Of a stretch of DNA of 64,000 bases, positions 37,526-48,332 are shown one piece after another. The notes under the pieces were generated by a model. That model worked only from the letters and a program-made list of their open reading frames with translations. It had not been told where the DNA came from and made no database searches. This DNA comes from Trueperaceae bacterium. GTDB taxonomy: Bacteria; Deinococcota; Deinococci; Deinococcales; Trueperaceae. The translations under genes and the position numbers were made by a program. Position 1 is the stretch's first letter. Every line of letters starts with the position of its first letter. Location of the stretch: NCBI GenBank assembly GCA_034520945.1, contig JAXHNB010000006.1, positions 256,001 to 320,000 on the forward strand, given 5' to 3'.

Positions 37526-37559
37526 ATTGACGCTGTTTTGACGCCGCGCGTCCTACGCT
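37526..37559 (+). promoter_or_regulatory. SARP-type direct-repeat promoter
   Basis: ATTGACG-ctgtt-TTGACG-ccgcgcgtcc-TACGCT upstream of the lipoprotein operon. Confidence 0.6.
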
Positions 37560-37594
37560 GTACCTGTCAGGTCGGCCGGTTCGAAGGAGACCCC

Positions 37595-38530
37595 ATGGAA
37601 CGAAGCGTCCATCGCGTCGTGAACGGGAAGCCGCGCGTGCATTCCGCCATCGCGCGTCGCATGGCACGATGCGTCGCGGTGATGGTGGGGTGGTCCCTCT
37701 TCGCGGTGGCCTCCGGGTGCGCAGGCGGTGCGACGCAGGACGGGACGGCGGCGGCCCTGAACGTGGCCCCGACCGACCTGACGACGGGACCCGGCGGGAG
37801 CCTGTTCGTGTCCAGCGCGTCCGCGGGCAAGGTACTCCGGCAGGTGGACGGCATGTGGCGTGACGTGCCCGGTCCTTGGGCGCGCCCGTACGGTCTGACG
37901 GCCGCCTCGGACGGGCGGGTGTGCCTGGCGCACTTCACCTCGGAGGATCCCTTGACCCGCCAGAGCGCCGTCAGTTGCCGCGACGCAGGCGCATGGACGC
38001 GCGAAGCGACCGGCCTGGGGAGCGGTGTGAACGGTCTTCTCGCTACGGCCGAAGGCATCTGGGCCGTCGGCTGGCAGGACACCGACATCGAACAGCGCGA
38101 CGGGCGGCTCAGCCTGATCGCGGACGGCCGGATCACGCGGCGCATCGATATCCCGGCCTACGTGCCCCGCTTCGCGGTCGAAACGCCCACGGGCGACCTC
38201 TTGGTCAGCGCCTGGCGGGAGGATGCCTCGGGGTTCACGGGCGGCGCGATCCTGCGCGTCACGCGCGAGGGAAGCGTCGACATGTTCAGTGACGCGCTGA
38301 CGCGGCCCGCCGGTTTGGCCTACGGTCATGACGGGGTCTGGGTCGCCGACACGGCGGCCGGCGCCCTGGTGCTTCTGTCGCACGACGGGCGCGAGAGTGC
38401 CCGACAGAAAGGATTGGAGGAACCCACTGGTGTGACCCTCGTCGAAGCGGACCGCCTCTGCCTGGCAGAGACGGCGGCCCACCGCATCACCTGTCTCGTT
38501 CCCGCGAACGTACTCGGAGGTTCGCCATGA
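37595..38530 (+). CDS. NHL/beta-propeller putative lipoprotein
   Basis: AAGGAG RBS; ASGC lipobox-like motif; repeats P.GL/V...G.VWVADT. Confidence 0.75.
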   Translation: MERSVHRVVNGKPRVHSAIARRMARCVAVMVGWSLFAVASGCAGGATQDGTAAALNVAPTDLTTGPGGSLFVSSASAGKVLRQVDGMWRDVPGPWARPYGLTAASDGRVCLAHFTSEDPLTRQSAVSCRDAGAWTREATGLGSGVNGLLATAEGIWAVGWQDTDIEQRDGRLSLIADGRITRRIDIPAYVPRFAVETPTGDLLVSAWREDASGFTGGAILRVTREGSVDMFSDALTRPAGLAYGHDGVWVADTAAGALVLLSHDGRESARQKGLEEPTGVTLVEADRLCLAETAAHRITCLVPANVLGGSP

Positions 38531-41500
38531 TCCCATCCCTACGGCGCCTGCCCGCCCTGACGCTCTCGGCGGCAGTCGTGCTCCTCCTCACGGCCTGTCC
38601 CTCCACGACCGGCCCAACCGACGAAACGCTCGCCTCCTTCGACCTGTCCGCCCCCGACTCGGTGGCGGATGGCGAGAGCTTCACGCTGTCCGTCGAAGCG
38701 GTCGGCAGCGAAGGCACTATCCCGTTCACGGCGTTCAGCGGCACGCTCACGCTGAGCGTGTCCGAGGGGACCCTGGACCCCAGCAGCGTGGAGGTGAGCA
38801 GCGGCACCGGCTCCGCCCAGGCGACCGTCACGGGCGCCTCGGGCGAGGTGACGATCACCGCCAGCGACGGAGAAACCGACGGCACCACCACGCTCACGGT
38901 CGGGGACGAGGGCGAGCTCCGCACCCTCCCGGGCGAGCCGGACGATCCGGCCAGCGAAGCGATCCCGGTCCGCGAGTTCGAGGCGCGGCCCGACGACTAC
39001 AGCGACGACCACCCCGAGTTGGAGGGCGTGTTCATCTCGTTCAACACCCTGCTGGTCGCGTTCGAGCCCGAGGTGACCGTCGGCCAGGCCAACGACCTGC
39101 TGACCGAGATCGACGCCGAGATCGTCGGCGGTCTGCCCGGCGTCGAAGGCGAAGCGGCCGGCATCATGATGCTGCGCGTCCCGACCGAGACGCACGCCGA
39201 GATGATCTCGCTGCTGGAGATCCTCCGCCAGGACGACCGCGTGCGGAACGCCGTCCAGGACGCTCTGCTGGAGACCAACGAGATCCCCCGACCCAACGGC
39301 GGGACCCCCGGAGGCTGGAACTGGGAGTCGACGCCCAACGGCGGCAACTACGGCCTAGAGCTCACCCGCGTGCCGCAGATGTGGAACCTGAACGGCGCGA
39401 TCGAGAAGGTCGGCGGCGCGACCGCGACGGGCGTGTTGGACATCGGCTTCGCCGATTCGCACGAGGATTTGAGCTACGACGAGAACCAGACGCCGGGCAA
39501 TACCGCCACGCACGGCACCCACGTGGTGGGCACCATCGGCGCCGACTACGACAACGGCGTCGGTGTGGACGGCGTGAACCCGCACGCCGACCTGGTGGTG
39601 CGCACCCGTGACCGCTCGCTGATCGGGGGCAGCACCACCCTGGAGGTGCGCGAGAGCTTCGGTGAGGCGCACGTCTTCGGCTTCTTCGACCTGGTCCGCA
39701 ACCGCCCCGACCTTCGCGTTGTCAACATCAGCCTCGGCTACAACTGGGGTCCCGCCGGCGTCGATCAGGACAACAACACCAGCGCCCAACAGCTGGTCGA
39801 GCAACAGGGCGCCCTGTTCGGCCTGGGGTTGCTGCTGAACGTGCTGTTCAACGACGACTTCGACTCGCTGGAGGACTTTCCGCTGGTCTCCGTCGCGGCC
39901 GGCAACGATTCTAACGACGGCTTCGGCACGCAGGAGGCCCGCTGGTCGAGTCCGTTCACCTACGCCGGCCTGGAGCTGGACATCGAGAACGTCATCGTGG
40001 TGGAGTCGGTCGAGAACGACGTCGGCGGCACCGGCGGCGCCGAGCGCTCGGACTTCTCGAACCTGAACGGCGACATCTCCGCGCCCGGCACCGACGTGCT
40101 CAGTACCGGCCTCTTCGATGGCTACACCACGCTGTCGGGCACCTCGATGGCGTCGCCGCACATCGCCGGCCTCATCAGCTACCTGCTGACCCTCGAGCCG
40201 TCACTTTCGCACGCAGACGTCCGGGACCTGCTGACCAGCAACGCCGTGGCGGTGGCCGGTGGCGCCAGCGACCGCATGGACGCCTTCGCCTCCGCGCTGG
40301 ATATCGACCGTGTCCAGGGCAGTGACGACGTGCTACGGATGCTGCTGGACATCGACGACGGCACCATCGACGGCAACCAGCGGCTCTCCGTGGGCACCAC
40401 GAGCGACTTCACCGGCGAGGACGCCGACGGCGACGGCGGCATGGGCGACGACAACGTCGACATGGCCGACTTCCGCCGCTTCCGCGACTGGCTGCTGCAG
40501 GTGGAGGATCCCGCGAACCTGGACCTGGACGGTTCCGCGAATCACCCGAAGAAGGACGTGAACGGCAACGACCAGGTCGAGAGCGCCAGCGATGAGAACG
40601 TCTACCCACGCGCCGACTTCAACGGCGACGGCCAGCTGTCGCGGACCGCCACCAGCTACGTGCCGGGTGCCGTCGACGACACGCTCACCGACCTCAGCGT
40701 GCTGCAGACGCGTTTCTCGGATGCGAACTACGCGGCGAGCGACCTTCCCGGCCTGCTGGACTCCGGCGACATCGAGATTTGGCCCCGGCGGTGCCTGGAC
40801 CGCAGCGATGTGGTGCGGGTGGAGTCCTCGATCCTCGCCGGGGATTTCGAGATCGGTGCGCGCACCCATACCAGCGGCAGCGGGCCACGCCAGGTGTACA
40901 CGGTCGAAGTGCCGCAGGAACTGAACGGCTACACCGCGTTCGTCGAGGCCTATGACGCCAACGACGAGTTGGTGTTCGACACAGATCGCTTCGTCACGGT
41001 TGCGGCTGGCAGCGACACCTTCTGGGATCCGGTGTGCAGCGACACGCCTCCGCCGCCCGAGGAAGGCCGCGGCGAGAGCTGGGGTGACCCGCACCAGATC
41101 ACCTTCGACGGCCTGAAGTACGACTTCCAGTCGGTCGGCGAGTTCGTGTTCGTCGAGTCGGACACCGACGACTTCGTCATCCAGGTCCGCCAGGAACCGT
41201 GGGGCAGCTCGAACCGCGTCAGCGTCAACACGGCCGTCGCCACCCTGGTGGACGGCCAGGAGGTCGGCTTCTACGAGGACGAGACGCCCCCCATGCGCGT
41301 GAACGGCAATCCCACCAGCGTGACCGACGGCGGCAGCACCGGTGTCGGGGCGGGCGCCGTGTTCCGCGACGGCAACCTGTACACCGTGGTGTACCCCAAT
41401 GACGAGCAGCTCCGCGTGCGCATCCGCTCCGGGCGCATGGACCTGAACGTCTTCCTCGACACGGATCGCAGCGGTGACGTCGCCGGCTTGCTGGGCGACA

Positions 41501-42521
41501 TGGATGGCGATCCCAGCAACGACATCGCCCGCCGCGACGGCTTCGTCTTCTCGCAACCGGTCAGCTACGAGGACTTCTACACCGACACCAACACCTTCGA
41601 CGAGAGCTGGCGCATCAGCCCGGCCGAGTCGCTGTTCCACTACGACACGGGCGAGGACACCGCCACCTTCACCGACACCAGCCTGCCGGTGGCCTACGCC
41701 TCGACGGGCGACCTGAGCCCCACCGAATACGAGAACGCGCGGTCGGATTGCGAGGCCGCCGGCGTGAGCGACCCCATCGTGCTGAACGCGTGCATCCTTG
41801 ACGTGGGCGTGACCGGCGACAGGTCGTTCGCCGTCGACGCTGCCAGCGCCGGCACGCCGTCCAGCTCGCTCGAAGTGACGCCCGAGACGAACGACGTGGC
41901 CATTCTGCACAGCCAGAACACCTCCGCCGCCGACGTGTACGAGGCGGGCCTGGAGCAGCGCGGCTTCAACGTCACGCAGGTGCTGATCGGATCGACCGAG
42001 AGCGCGAATGCCAGCATGCTGGACGACTACGACGCCCTGATGATCGACACGTTCACCGGCAACCTGTCCAACTGGGACGGCGACGAGAAGGTCGTGTGAA
42101 CGCTGTCCAGCGGTCGGGCCGGCCCGTGATCGGTCTCGGCGAGGGCGGGTATGCGTACTTCGGCCAGGTGCCCTGCGGAGAGCAAGATGAGGCCTCGCCG
42201 ATCGGGTACCCCAACGGTGCGCACGGCAGTTCCCTGCAACAGTTCGGCGTCGTCTCGCCCACACACCCCAGCCTGACCGGCCCGCGCAGCGTCGACACCA
42301 GCAGCGGCAACGTGATCGTCACGACCAGCGCCATGGCGTACGTCACCATTTTCGACCCCGCCGTCGAACTCGTCGGGCGTACGGGTCCCGATCACTACGT
42401 GGACGTCATCGATCCCTCGTCCGCCGGATCGGCGCTGTGGGGCTTCCACGGCGTCCCCTCGGACTACACCCGCGACGGTTGGAACGCCCTGGCGAACGTG
42501 ATCAACTACCTGATCGACTGA
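38527..42521 (+). CDS. S8 subtilase lipoprotein with Ca-binding loops and VWD domain; 2-nt frameshift near 42095
   Basis: LTAC lipobox; VLDIG, HGTHVVGTI, AAGN, GTSMASPH; WGDPHQITFDG; gtcgtgtgaacgct joins ORF 42096-42521 if TG is removed. Confidence 0.85.
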
Positions 42522-42545
42522 TCCTCGCCTTCGCCATCGCATGCG

Positions 42546-42580
42546 GCACATGCCCGGGGTTCGCCCCGGGCATGTGCTTC
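42546..42580 (+). terminator. Intrinsic terminator
   Basis: gcacatgcccgggg-TTCG-ccccgggcatgtgc-ttc. Confidence 0.75.
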
Positions 42581-42622
42581 GCACGGCGGCCGAGCCCTCG
42601 GCCTCGGCGCTACCCTCGCGGC

Positions 42623-43845
42623 ATGAAGCGCCGCGCCTTCCTGCGCTGGGGGCCACAATGGCCGCCGGGGCGGCCCTGGCCGGCCGCGCCCGCGCGTGGG
42701 CGACGGTCCCCGACCCAGATGCCGAGCCGAGCGCATCGGACGGGTCGATGACCCTGTTCCTCTGCGGCGACGTGATGACCGGCCGCGGCGTGGACCAGGC
42801 CCTACCGCACGCCGTCGACCCCACCCTGCACGAGCCCGCCGTGCGCGACGCCCGCCGCTACCTCGAGCTGGCGGAACGGGCCAGCGGCCATGGTCGATAC
42901 GCCGCTGTCGTACCAACAGGTGTGGGGTGACGTGCTGCACGAGCTGCAGCGGGTCCGGCCGGACGCCCGCATCGTCAACCTCGAGACCGCCGTCACCACC
43001 TCGGACGACTGGGACCGCCAGAAGGGCATCCACTACCGCATGCACCCCGGCAACGTCGCGCTGCTCCGGGCGGCCGGGATCGATGTCGCCGTGCTCGGCA
43101 ACAACCACGTGCTGGACTGGGGCGCAGGTGGCCTGCGCGAGACGCTCACGGTCCTGCGTGACGCCGGGGTGCGGCACGGCCGGAGCCGGGACGCGACCGG
43201 GACCAGGCGGCGGCGCCGGCGGTGCTACACACGCCTGCGGGGCGACTGCTGGTGTTCTCGTACGGCACGGCCAGCGCCGGCGTCCCCGAGCGTTGGCGGG
43301 CGACCCCCGAGCGTCCCGGCGTGAACCTGTTGCCCGAGCCGACCGACGCGGAGGCCGACCGCGTGATCGCCCAGGTGGACGCGCACCGCGCCGAGGGCGA
43401 CCGGGTCGTCGTGTCGGTTCACTGGGGCGCCAACTGGGGGTACGACGTCCCCGAGGCGCAGCGACGCTTCGCGCACCGCCTGATCATTGCCGGCGCGGCC
43501 GACGTCGTGCACGGGCACTCGTCGCACCACCCGAAGGGGATCGAGGTGCATCGGGGTCGACTCGTCTTGTACGGCGCGGGCGACTTCCTGAACGACTACG
43601 AAGGGATCGGCGGGCACGAGGCGTACCGCCCCCACCTGACGGCGGCGTACCTGCCGGTGCTCGGCGCCGATGGCGCATTGGCGTCGATGGAGCTGGCGCC
43701 GATGCGGATCCGACGCCTGCGCTTGGCACGCGCCTCGCCCGAGGATGCCGGCTGGCTGGCCGACCGCTTGACGCGGGAGGGACGGCCGTTCGGTACGCGC
43801 GTGCTGCAGGTGGATGAGGGACGCCTTCGGCTGGACTGCGACTGA
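42623..43845 (+). pseudogene. CapA-family metallophosphatase with Tat-like signal, broken by about four frameshifts
   Basis: MKRRAFL; GDVMTGRGVDQ, VNLET, GNNHVLDWG, SVHWG, GHSSHH, YGAGDFLNDYEGI distributed over three frames. Confidence 0.85.
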
Positions 43846-43976
43846 GCCCCCCGTGCGTCCCGCGGGCCACGCCCGCCGACGTGCCGCCAGCGTCGGCCGT
43901 GAGATCATGAGGTTCGGCCCGCGGGAGGCGTCCATGACGCCCCGCGAACGCCCGAGTGAAAGGACGCGCCCACCGC

Positions 43977-45539
43977 ATGCCCGAAGTTCGCGACAGCTTC
44001 GATGTCGTCGTTCGGCCCGCTTCCGAAATGACCCTCAAGCGCCGGCGGACGCGTCAGGTGTTGCGGCGGCGCTTGCGCGCCAACATCCGGGACGGACTGA
44101 GCCGCGAAGGGATGACAGGACGGGTCGCGTCTCGGTTGAGCCGGCTGATCATCAGCGTAGACGTGGCCGACGACGGTCCCGAGGTGACGCGCGAACGGGT
44201 GCGCGACGTGCTGTCGCGCATGTTCGGGGTGGGGTCGTTCTCGTTCACGCTGGGTACGTGCGCGCCGGAGCTGGACGAGATCGTGGAGGTCGGGCGCGCA
44301 CTGTTCGCGTCGCGCGTGCAGGGGCGGCGCTACGCCGTGCGCTGCAAGCGCATGGGACGTCACGCCTTCCGCTCGGTCGACGTGGAGCGGGCGTTGGGCG
44401 CCGCCTTGAATCCTGGCGCGCGCGTCGACCTGGACGATCCCGAGGTGACCGTCGCCCTCGAGGTCGACGAGGAGCGCGCCACCTTTTTCAGCGAGCGGAT
44501 GCCGGGCCCTGGCGGGCTTCCCCTCGGCGTCGGTGGGCGTGCCCTGGCGCTCATGTCGGGCGGGTACGACTCGGCCGTGGCCGCCTGGATGCTGATGAAG
44601 CGTGGCATCGAGGTGGACTTCGTGTTCTTCCGCATCGGGGGCGAGGCCACCGAGCGCCTGGCGCTGCAGGTCGCGAAGGTCCTCAGCGACCGGTGGGCGG
44701 CCGGCACGCGTCCCGAACTCTACAGCGTCGATTTCGGAGCTGTGGTCGACGATCTTCGGGCGTCGGCCGGCCCCAGTCACTGGCAGGTGGTGCTCAAGCG
44801 TCAGATGCTGCGCGCGGCGGATGCGTTGGCGGACGAAGCGGAAGCCGCCTCCGAGCAGGCGGCCGCGGCCGGCCGGCCGGCCCGCCGTTGGCGCCAGGTG
44901 GACGCCCTGATCACCGGCGAGTCGGTCGGCCAGGTCTCCTCGCAGACGCTGGGCAACCTGCGCGTGATTCATGACGCGGCGCGACGGCCGGTCCTCCGCC
45001 CGCTGGTCGGCATGGACAAGACCGACATCATCGCCTACGCCGATCGCGTGGGTACGGGGCCCCTGTCGGCTCGCGTGCGCGAGTCGTGCGCCATCGCGGT
45101 GGGACGCACCGAGACCCGCGCGCATCCGGACCGCGTCGCTGCGAACGAACGCGGCCTCCACCAAGAAGTGCTCCGCGACGCCGTCGCCCAGCGACGCGCG
45201 TACGCCCTACGGGCCCTCACGTCGGCCGACTTGGTGTTGCCGTTCCTGTTCACGGACGATGTGCCCGACGGGGCCGAGCTGGTCGATTGCAGCGTGGATG
45301 GCGCCGGCGGGTGGCGGCCTGCTGGGACGCGCGTGGTGCCTGCCCCGACCCTTCTGGCCGGGCGGGCCGACCTGGACAAGGACGCCACCTACGTGCTGTT
45401 CTGCCGGTTCGGGACGCAGAGCGCGCACGCCGCCGAGGTGCTGCAACAACTCGGGTACGAGGCGTACGCCTTTCGTGGCGGCATGCCCGCCCTGCGGCGC
45501 GCGCTGGAGGGGGGATCTCCGGGCCGCGTCGCCTCGTGA
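43977..45539 (+). CDS. thiI: tRNA 4-thiouridine sulfurtransferase (THUMP, PP-loop, rhodanese)
   Basis: EMTLK, SGGYDS, TGESVGQVSSQT, RPL..DK, ESC, FCRFG..S. Confidence 0.93.
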   Translation: MPEVRDSFDVVVRPASEMTLKRRRTRQVLRRRLRANIRDGLSREGMTGRVASRLSRLIISVDVADDGPEVTRERVRDVLSRMFGVGSFSFTLGTCAPELDEIVEVGRALFASRVQGRRYAVRCKRMGRHAFRSVDVERALGAALNPGARVDLDDPEVTVALEVDEERATFFSERMPGPGGLPLGVGGRALALMSGGYDSAVAAWMLMKRGIEVDFVFFRIGGEATERLALQVAKVLSDRWAAGTRPELYSVDFGAVVDDLRASAGPSHWQVVLKRQMLRAADALADEAEAASEQAAAAGRPARRWRQVDALITGESVGQVSSQTLGNLRVIHDAARRPVLRPLVGMDKTDIIAYADRVGTGPLSARVRESCAIAVGRTETRAHPDRVAANERGLHQEVLRDAVAQRRAYALRALTSADLVLPFLFTDDVPDGAELVDCSVDGAGGWRPAGTRVVPAPTLLAGRADLDKDATYVLFCRFGTQSAHAAEVLQQLGYEAYAFRGGMPALRRALEGGSPGRVAS

Positions 45540-45630
45540 GGGGGCCGGGACGCAGGGTTGCCATCCGTCGAGGCGTGTGCCCCTCGCTCGAGGTGCGTGC
45601 GGACGGCACCGGAAGGGATCGTGAGGTGCC

Positions 45631-46086
45631 ATGCGAGAGACGCCCAAGGGCACCAGCCGGCCGCTGGACCATACCGGCGACGTCGCGTTGGAGGTGCGGG
45701 CCGAGCACCTGAACGGCCTGTTCGCCGCGGCCGCGCGCGGCCTGCTGGGCATCCTCTTCGCGCGTCCCCCCAGCGCGGCCACGGATGGCACGGTCCAGGA
45801 GGACACGACCCTGACGCTGACGGCCAGCAGCCTCGAGGAACTGCTGGTGGCGTGGCTGGACGAGGTCCTGTTCCTGGTGCAGACGCGTGCGAGAGTCCCC
45901 GCCGACCTGGACGTCGTCGTGCGTGAGGAGGGCGGCGCGTGGCGGCTCGAGGCACGCCTGGGGGTCGCGCCGCTCGACGCGCAGGCACAGGAGTGGCAGG
46001 GCGAGGTGAAGGCCACCACCCATCATGGGTTGCACGTCGAGCACCGGCAGGGCGGCTGGCGTGCCGAGGTGGTGTTCGACGTATGA
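45631..46086 (+). CDS. Archease
   Basis: LDHTGDV, LVAWLDE, EVKATTHHGL, VVFDV. Confidence 0.94.
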   Translation: MRETPKGTSRPLDHTGDVALEVRAEHLNGLFAAAARGLLGILFARPPSAATDGTVQEDTTLTLTASSLEELLVAWLDEVLFLVQTRARVPADLDVVVREEGGAWRLEARLGVAPLDAQAQEWQGEVKATTHHGLHVEHRQGGWRAEVVFDV

Positions 46087-46117
46087 CCCGCCCAGCCCGT
46101 GACCCTGAACCGGAGGC

Positions 46118-47566
46118 ATGACCATGGCATCATCCCTGCCCATCGAGCACGTCGGCGGCGTCACCTACCGCGTGCCCCGCTTCGGCGCCATGCGGGTCGA
46201 CGCGGTGTTCTACGCCTCACCCGAGATCATGGACGACCTGGCGCGCGAAGAGTACGCGTCGCTGTGGCAGTTGGTCAACGTCGCGGCGCTGCCGGGGATC
46301 GTGGCGCCCGCCCTGGCGATGCCCGACATTCACATGGGGTACGGCTTTCCCATCGGCGGCGTCGCGGCCTTCGACCCGGACGCGGGCGGCGTGGTCAGTC
46401 CGGGCGGCGTCGGGTACGACATCAACTGCGGCGTGCGGCTGTTGCGCTCCGAGTTGAGCATCGAAGACGTCCAGCAACGCCAGGAGGCACTGGCCGACGC
46501 GCTGTGGGCGGCCGTGCCGGCAGGCGTCGGGTCGGGGGTGGCGTCGCAACGCTTGCAGCGCCGCGACCTTCGGCGCGTCCTGGAACAGGGTGCCGCTTGG
46601 ATGGTCGAGCACGGCTTCGGCGAGGGCGAGGACCTGGACGACCTCGAGTCGGGCGGGCGTCTGGACGGCGCGGACCCGGACGCGGTGTCGGAGCGCGCGA
46701 TGGAGCGCGGCGCGCCCCAGTTGGGCAGCCTGGGAAGCGGCAACCACTTCCTGGAGGTGCAAGCGGTGGACGCGGTGTACGACCAGGAGGCGGCGGCCGC
46801 GCTGGGCTTGCGGGAAGGGGAGGTGACGGTGCTGATCCACACCGGGTCGCGCGGGTTGGGGCACCAGGTGTGCAGCGACCACGTCGGGACCTTCCTGAAG
46901 GCCGCCAGCAGGCACGGCATCGACCTGCCCGACAAGCAGCTGGCCGCCGCCCCCATCGACAGCGACGAGGGACGGGGCTACCTGGGCGCGATGGCGGCCG
47001 CCGCCAACTACGCCTTCGCCAACCGCCAGCACGTCACCGACAGCGTGCGCCGCACCTTCGAGCGCGTGGGGTTCCTCCCCCGCGACCACGGTCTGCGCGT
47101 GGTGTACGACCTGGGGCACAACAACGCCAAGTTCGAGACGCACGACGGCCGCCGCGTGCTGGTGCACCGCAAGGGCGCGACCCGGGCGTTCGGCCCCGGC
47201 CACCCGTCGTTGTCGGAGCGCCACCGCGCCACGGGGCAGCCGGTGTTCGTGCCGGGCGACATGGGGCGGTACTCGTTCGTGCTGGCCGGCACGGAGGAGG
47301 CCATGCAAGCCTCGTTCGGGTCCAGCTGTCACGGGGCGGGACGGCTGATGAGTCGCCGCCGTGCCAAGAAGGAGGCCAAGACGCGCCGCATCGACGACGA
47401 GCTGGCCGCGCGGGGGATCCTGGTCCGCGCCGCCAACCGTGCGACCCTCGCCGAAGAGATGTCGGACGCCTACAAGGACGTCGCCGACGTCGTGGACGTG
47501 GTCGAGCGTGCCGGGCTGGGCCGCAAGGTGGCGCGGTTGCGGCCGATGATCGTGGTGAAGGGGTGA
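46118..47566 (+). CDS. rtcB: RNA ligase RtcB
   Basis: MPDIHMGYGFPIGGV, GYDINCG, GSGNHFLE, HTGSRG, HRKGAT, SCHGAGR, AYKD. Confidence 0.97.
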   Translation: MTMASSLPIEHVGGVTYRVPRFGAMRVDAVFYASPEIMDDLAREEYASLWQLVNVAALPGIVAPALAMPDIHMGYGFPIGGVAAFDPDAGGVVSPGGVGYDINCGVRLLRSELSIEDVQQRQEALADALWAAVPAGVGSGVASQRLQRRDLRRVLEQGAAWMVEHGFGEGEDLDDLESGGRLDGADPDAVSERAMERGAPQLGSLGSGNHFLEVQAVDAVYDQEAAAALGLREGEVTVLIHTGSRGLGHQVCSDHVGTFLKAASRHGIDLPDKQLAAAPIDSDEGRGYLGAMAAAANYAFANRQHVTDSVRRTFERVGFLPRDHGLRVVYDLGHNNAKFETHDGRRVLVHRKGATRAFGPGHPSLSERHRATGQPVFVPGDMGRYSFVLAGTEEAMQASFGSSCHGAGRLMSRRRAKKEAKTRRIDDELAARGILVRAANRATLAEEMSDAYKDVADVVDVVERAGLGRKVARLRPMIVVKG

Positions 47567-47719
47567 GGACCCCTGCGCCCTTGCCAGCGGGCGTACAGGG
47601 AAGGGCAGGTCACGAGCCAGGAGGTGATTCGCGGCTAGACTCGGAGATTGCCGCGACCGGGTCCGGACGCGGCGGCGGGGTCTAGGAGGCTTCGCTTCGA
47701 CGCCGAAGGAGGAGCGCGG

Positions 47720-48223
47720 TTGAGCGACCAGGAACGGAACGTCCAGCAACGCAGCCACGAGGAGCGGAACGACGCGGGCGGGTCGACATCGGACGCTGGC
47801 ACCGCCCACGAGGCGAGCGCTGGCGAGTCCGTCGACCGCAGCGCAGGTGCGCAGCAACGCCCACCCCTGAGCGACGAAGAAGCCCGCACCTGGGCCGCCA
47901 TCGCACACATCTCGGCGCTGGTGGGGCTGCTGGGGAACGGCATCGGATTCCTGTTGGGGCCGCTGATCGTCTGGGCGGCCAAGCGGGACGATCATCCCTT
48001 CGTCGACGAGCAGGGCAAGGAGGCCGTCAACTTCCAGTTGACGATCATGCTGGCGGGCGCCGTCGGGATCGCGCTGGTGTTCACGGTCGTGGGGATCCTG
48101 ATCGCGATTCCGTTGTTCCTGGCGTTGGCGGTGGTGGCGATCGTGTTTCCGATCGTGGCTGCGGTCCAGGCGCACGAGGGCACGTCGTTCCGCTACCCCT
48201 TCGCCTGGCGAATCCTGAAGTAG
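47720..48223 (+). CDS. DUF4870 membrane protein
   Basis: WAAIAH, GPLIVW, FVDEQGKEAVNFQ, FRYP. Confidence 0.9.
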   Translation: MSDQERNVQQRSHEERNDAGGSTSDAGTAHEASAGESVDRSAGAQQRPPLSDEEARTWAAIAHISALVGLLGNGIGFLLGPLIVWAAKRDDHPFVDEQGKEAVNFQLTIMLAGAVGIALVFTVVGILIAIPLFLALAVVAIVFPIVAAVQAHEGTSFRYPFAWRILK

Positions 48224-48298
48224 CGTCGCGCGGCACGCCTAGGCGATGGCGTAGCGCTGGATCGCAACGCCAAATCGCGTCAGGTGTTCATCTCCTGG

Positions 48299-48327
48299 TT
48301 GACACTTAGCAGGTTCATGTCTATGGT
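48299..48327 (+). promoter_or_regulatory. Sigma70-type promoter
   Basis: TTGACA-N17-TATGGT. Confidence 0.75.
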
Positions 48328-48332
48328 ACCGG

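Noticed and set aside
48240..48298. GGCGATGG start resembling a fluoride riboswitch
   Set aside because: Lacks the P1 complement and the CTRATG...CCTAC pseudoknot; lies upstream of the promoter.
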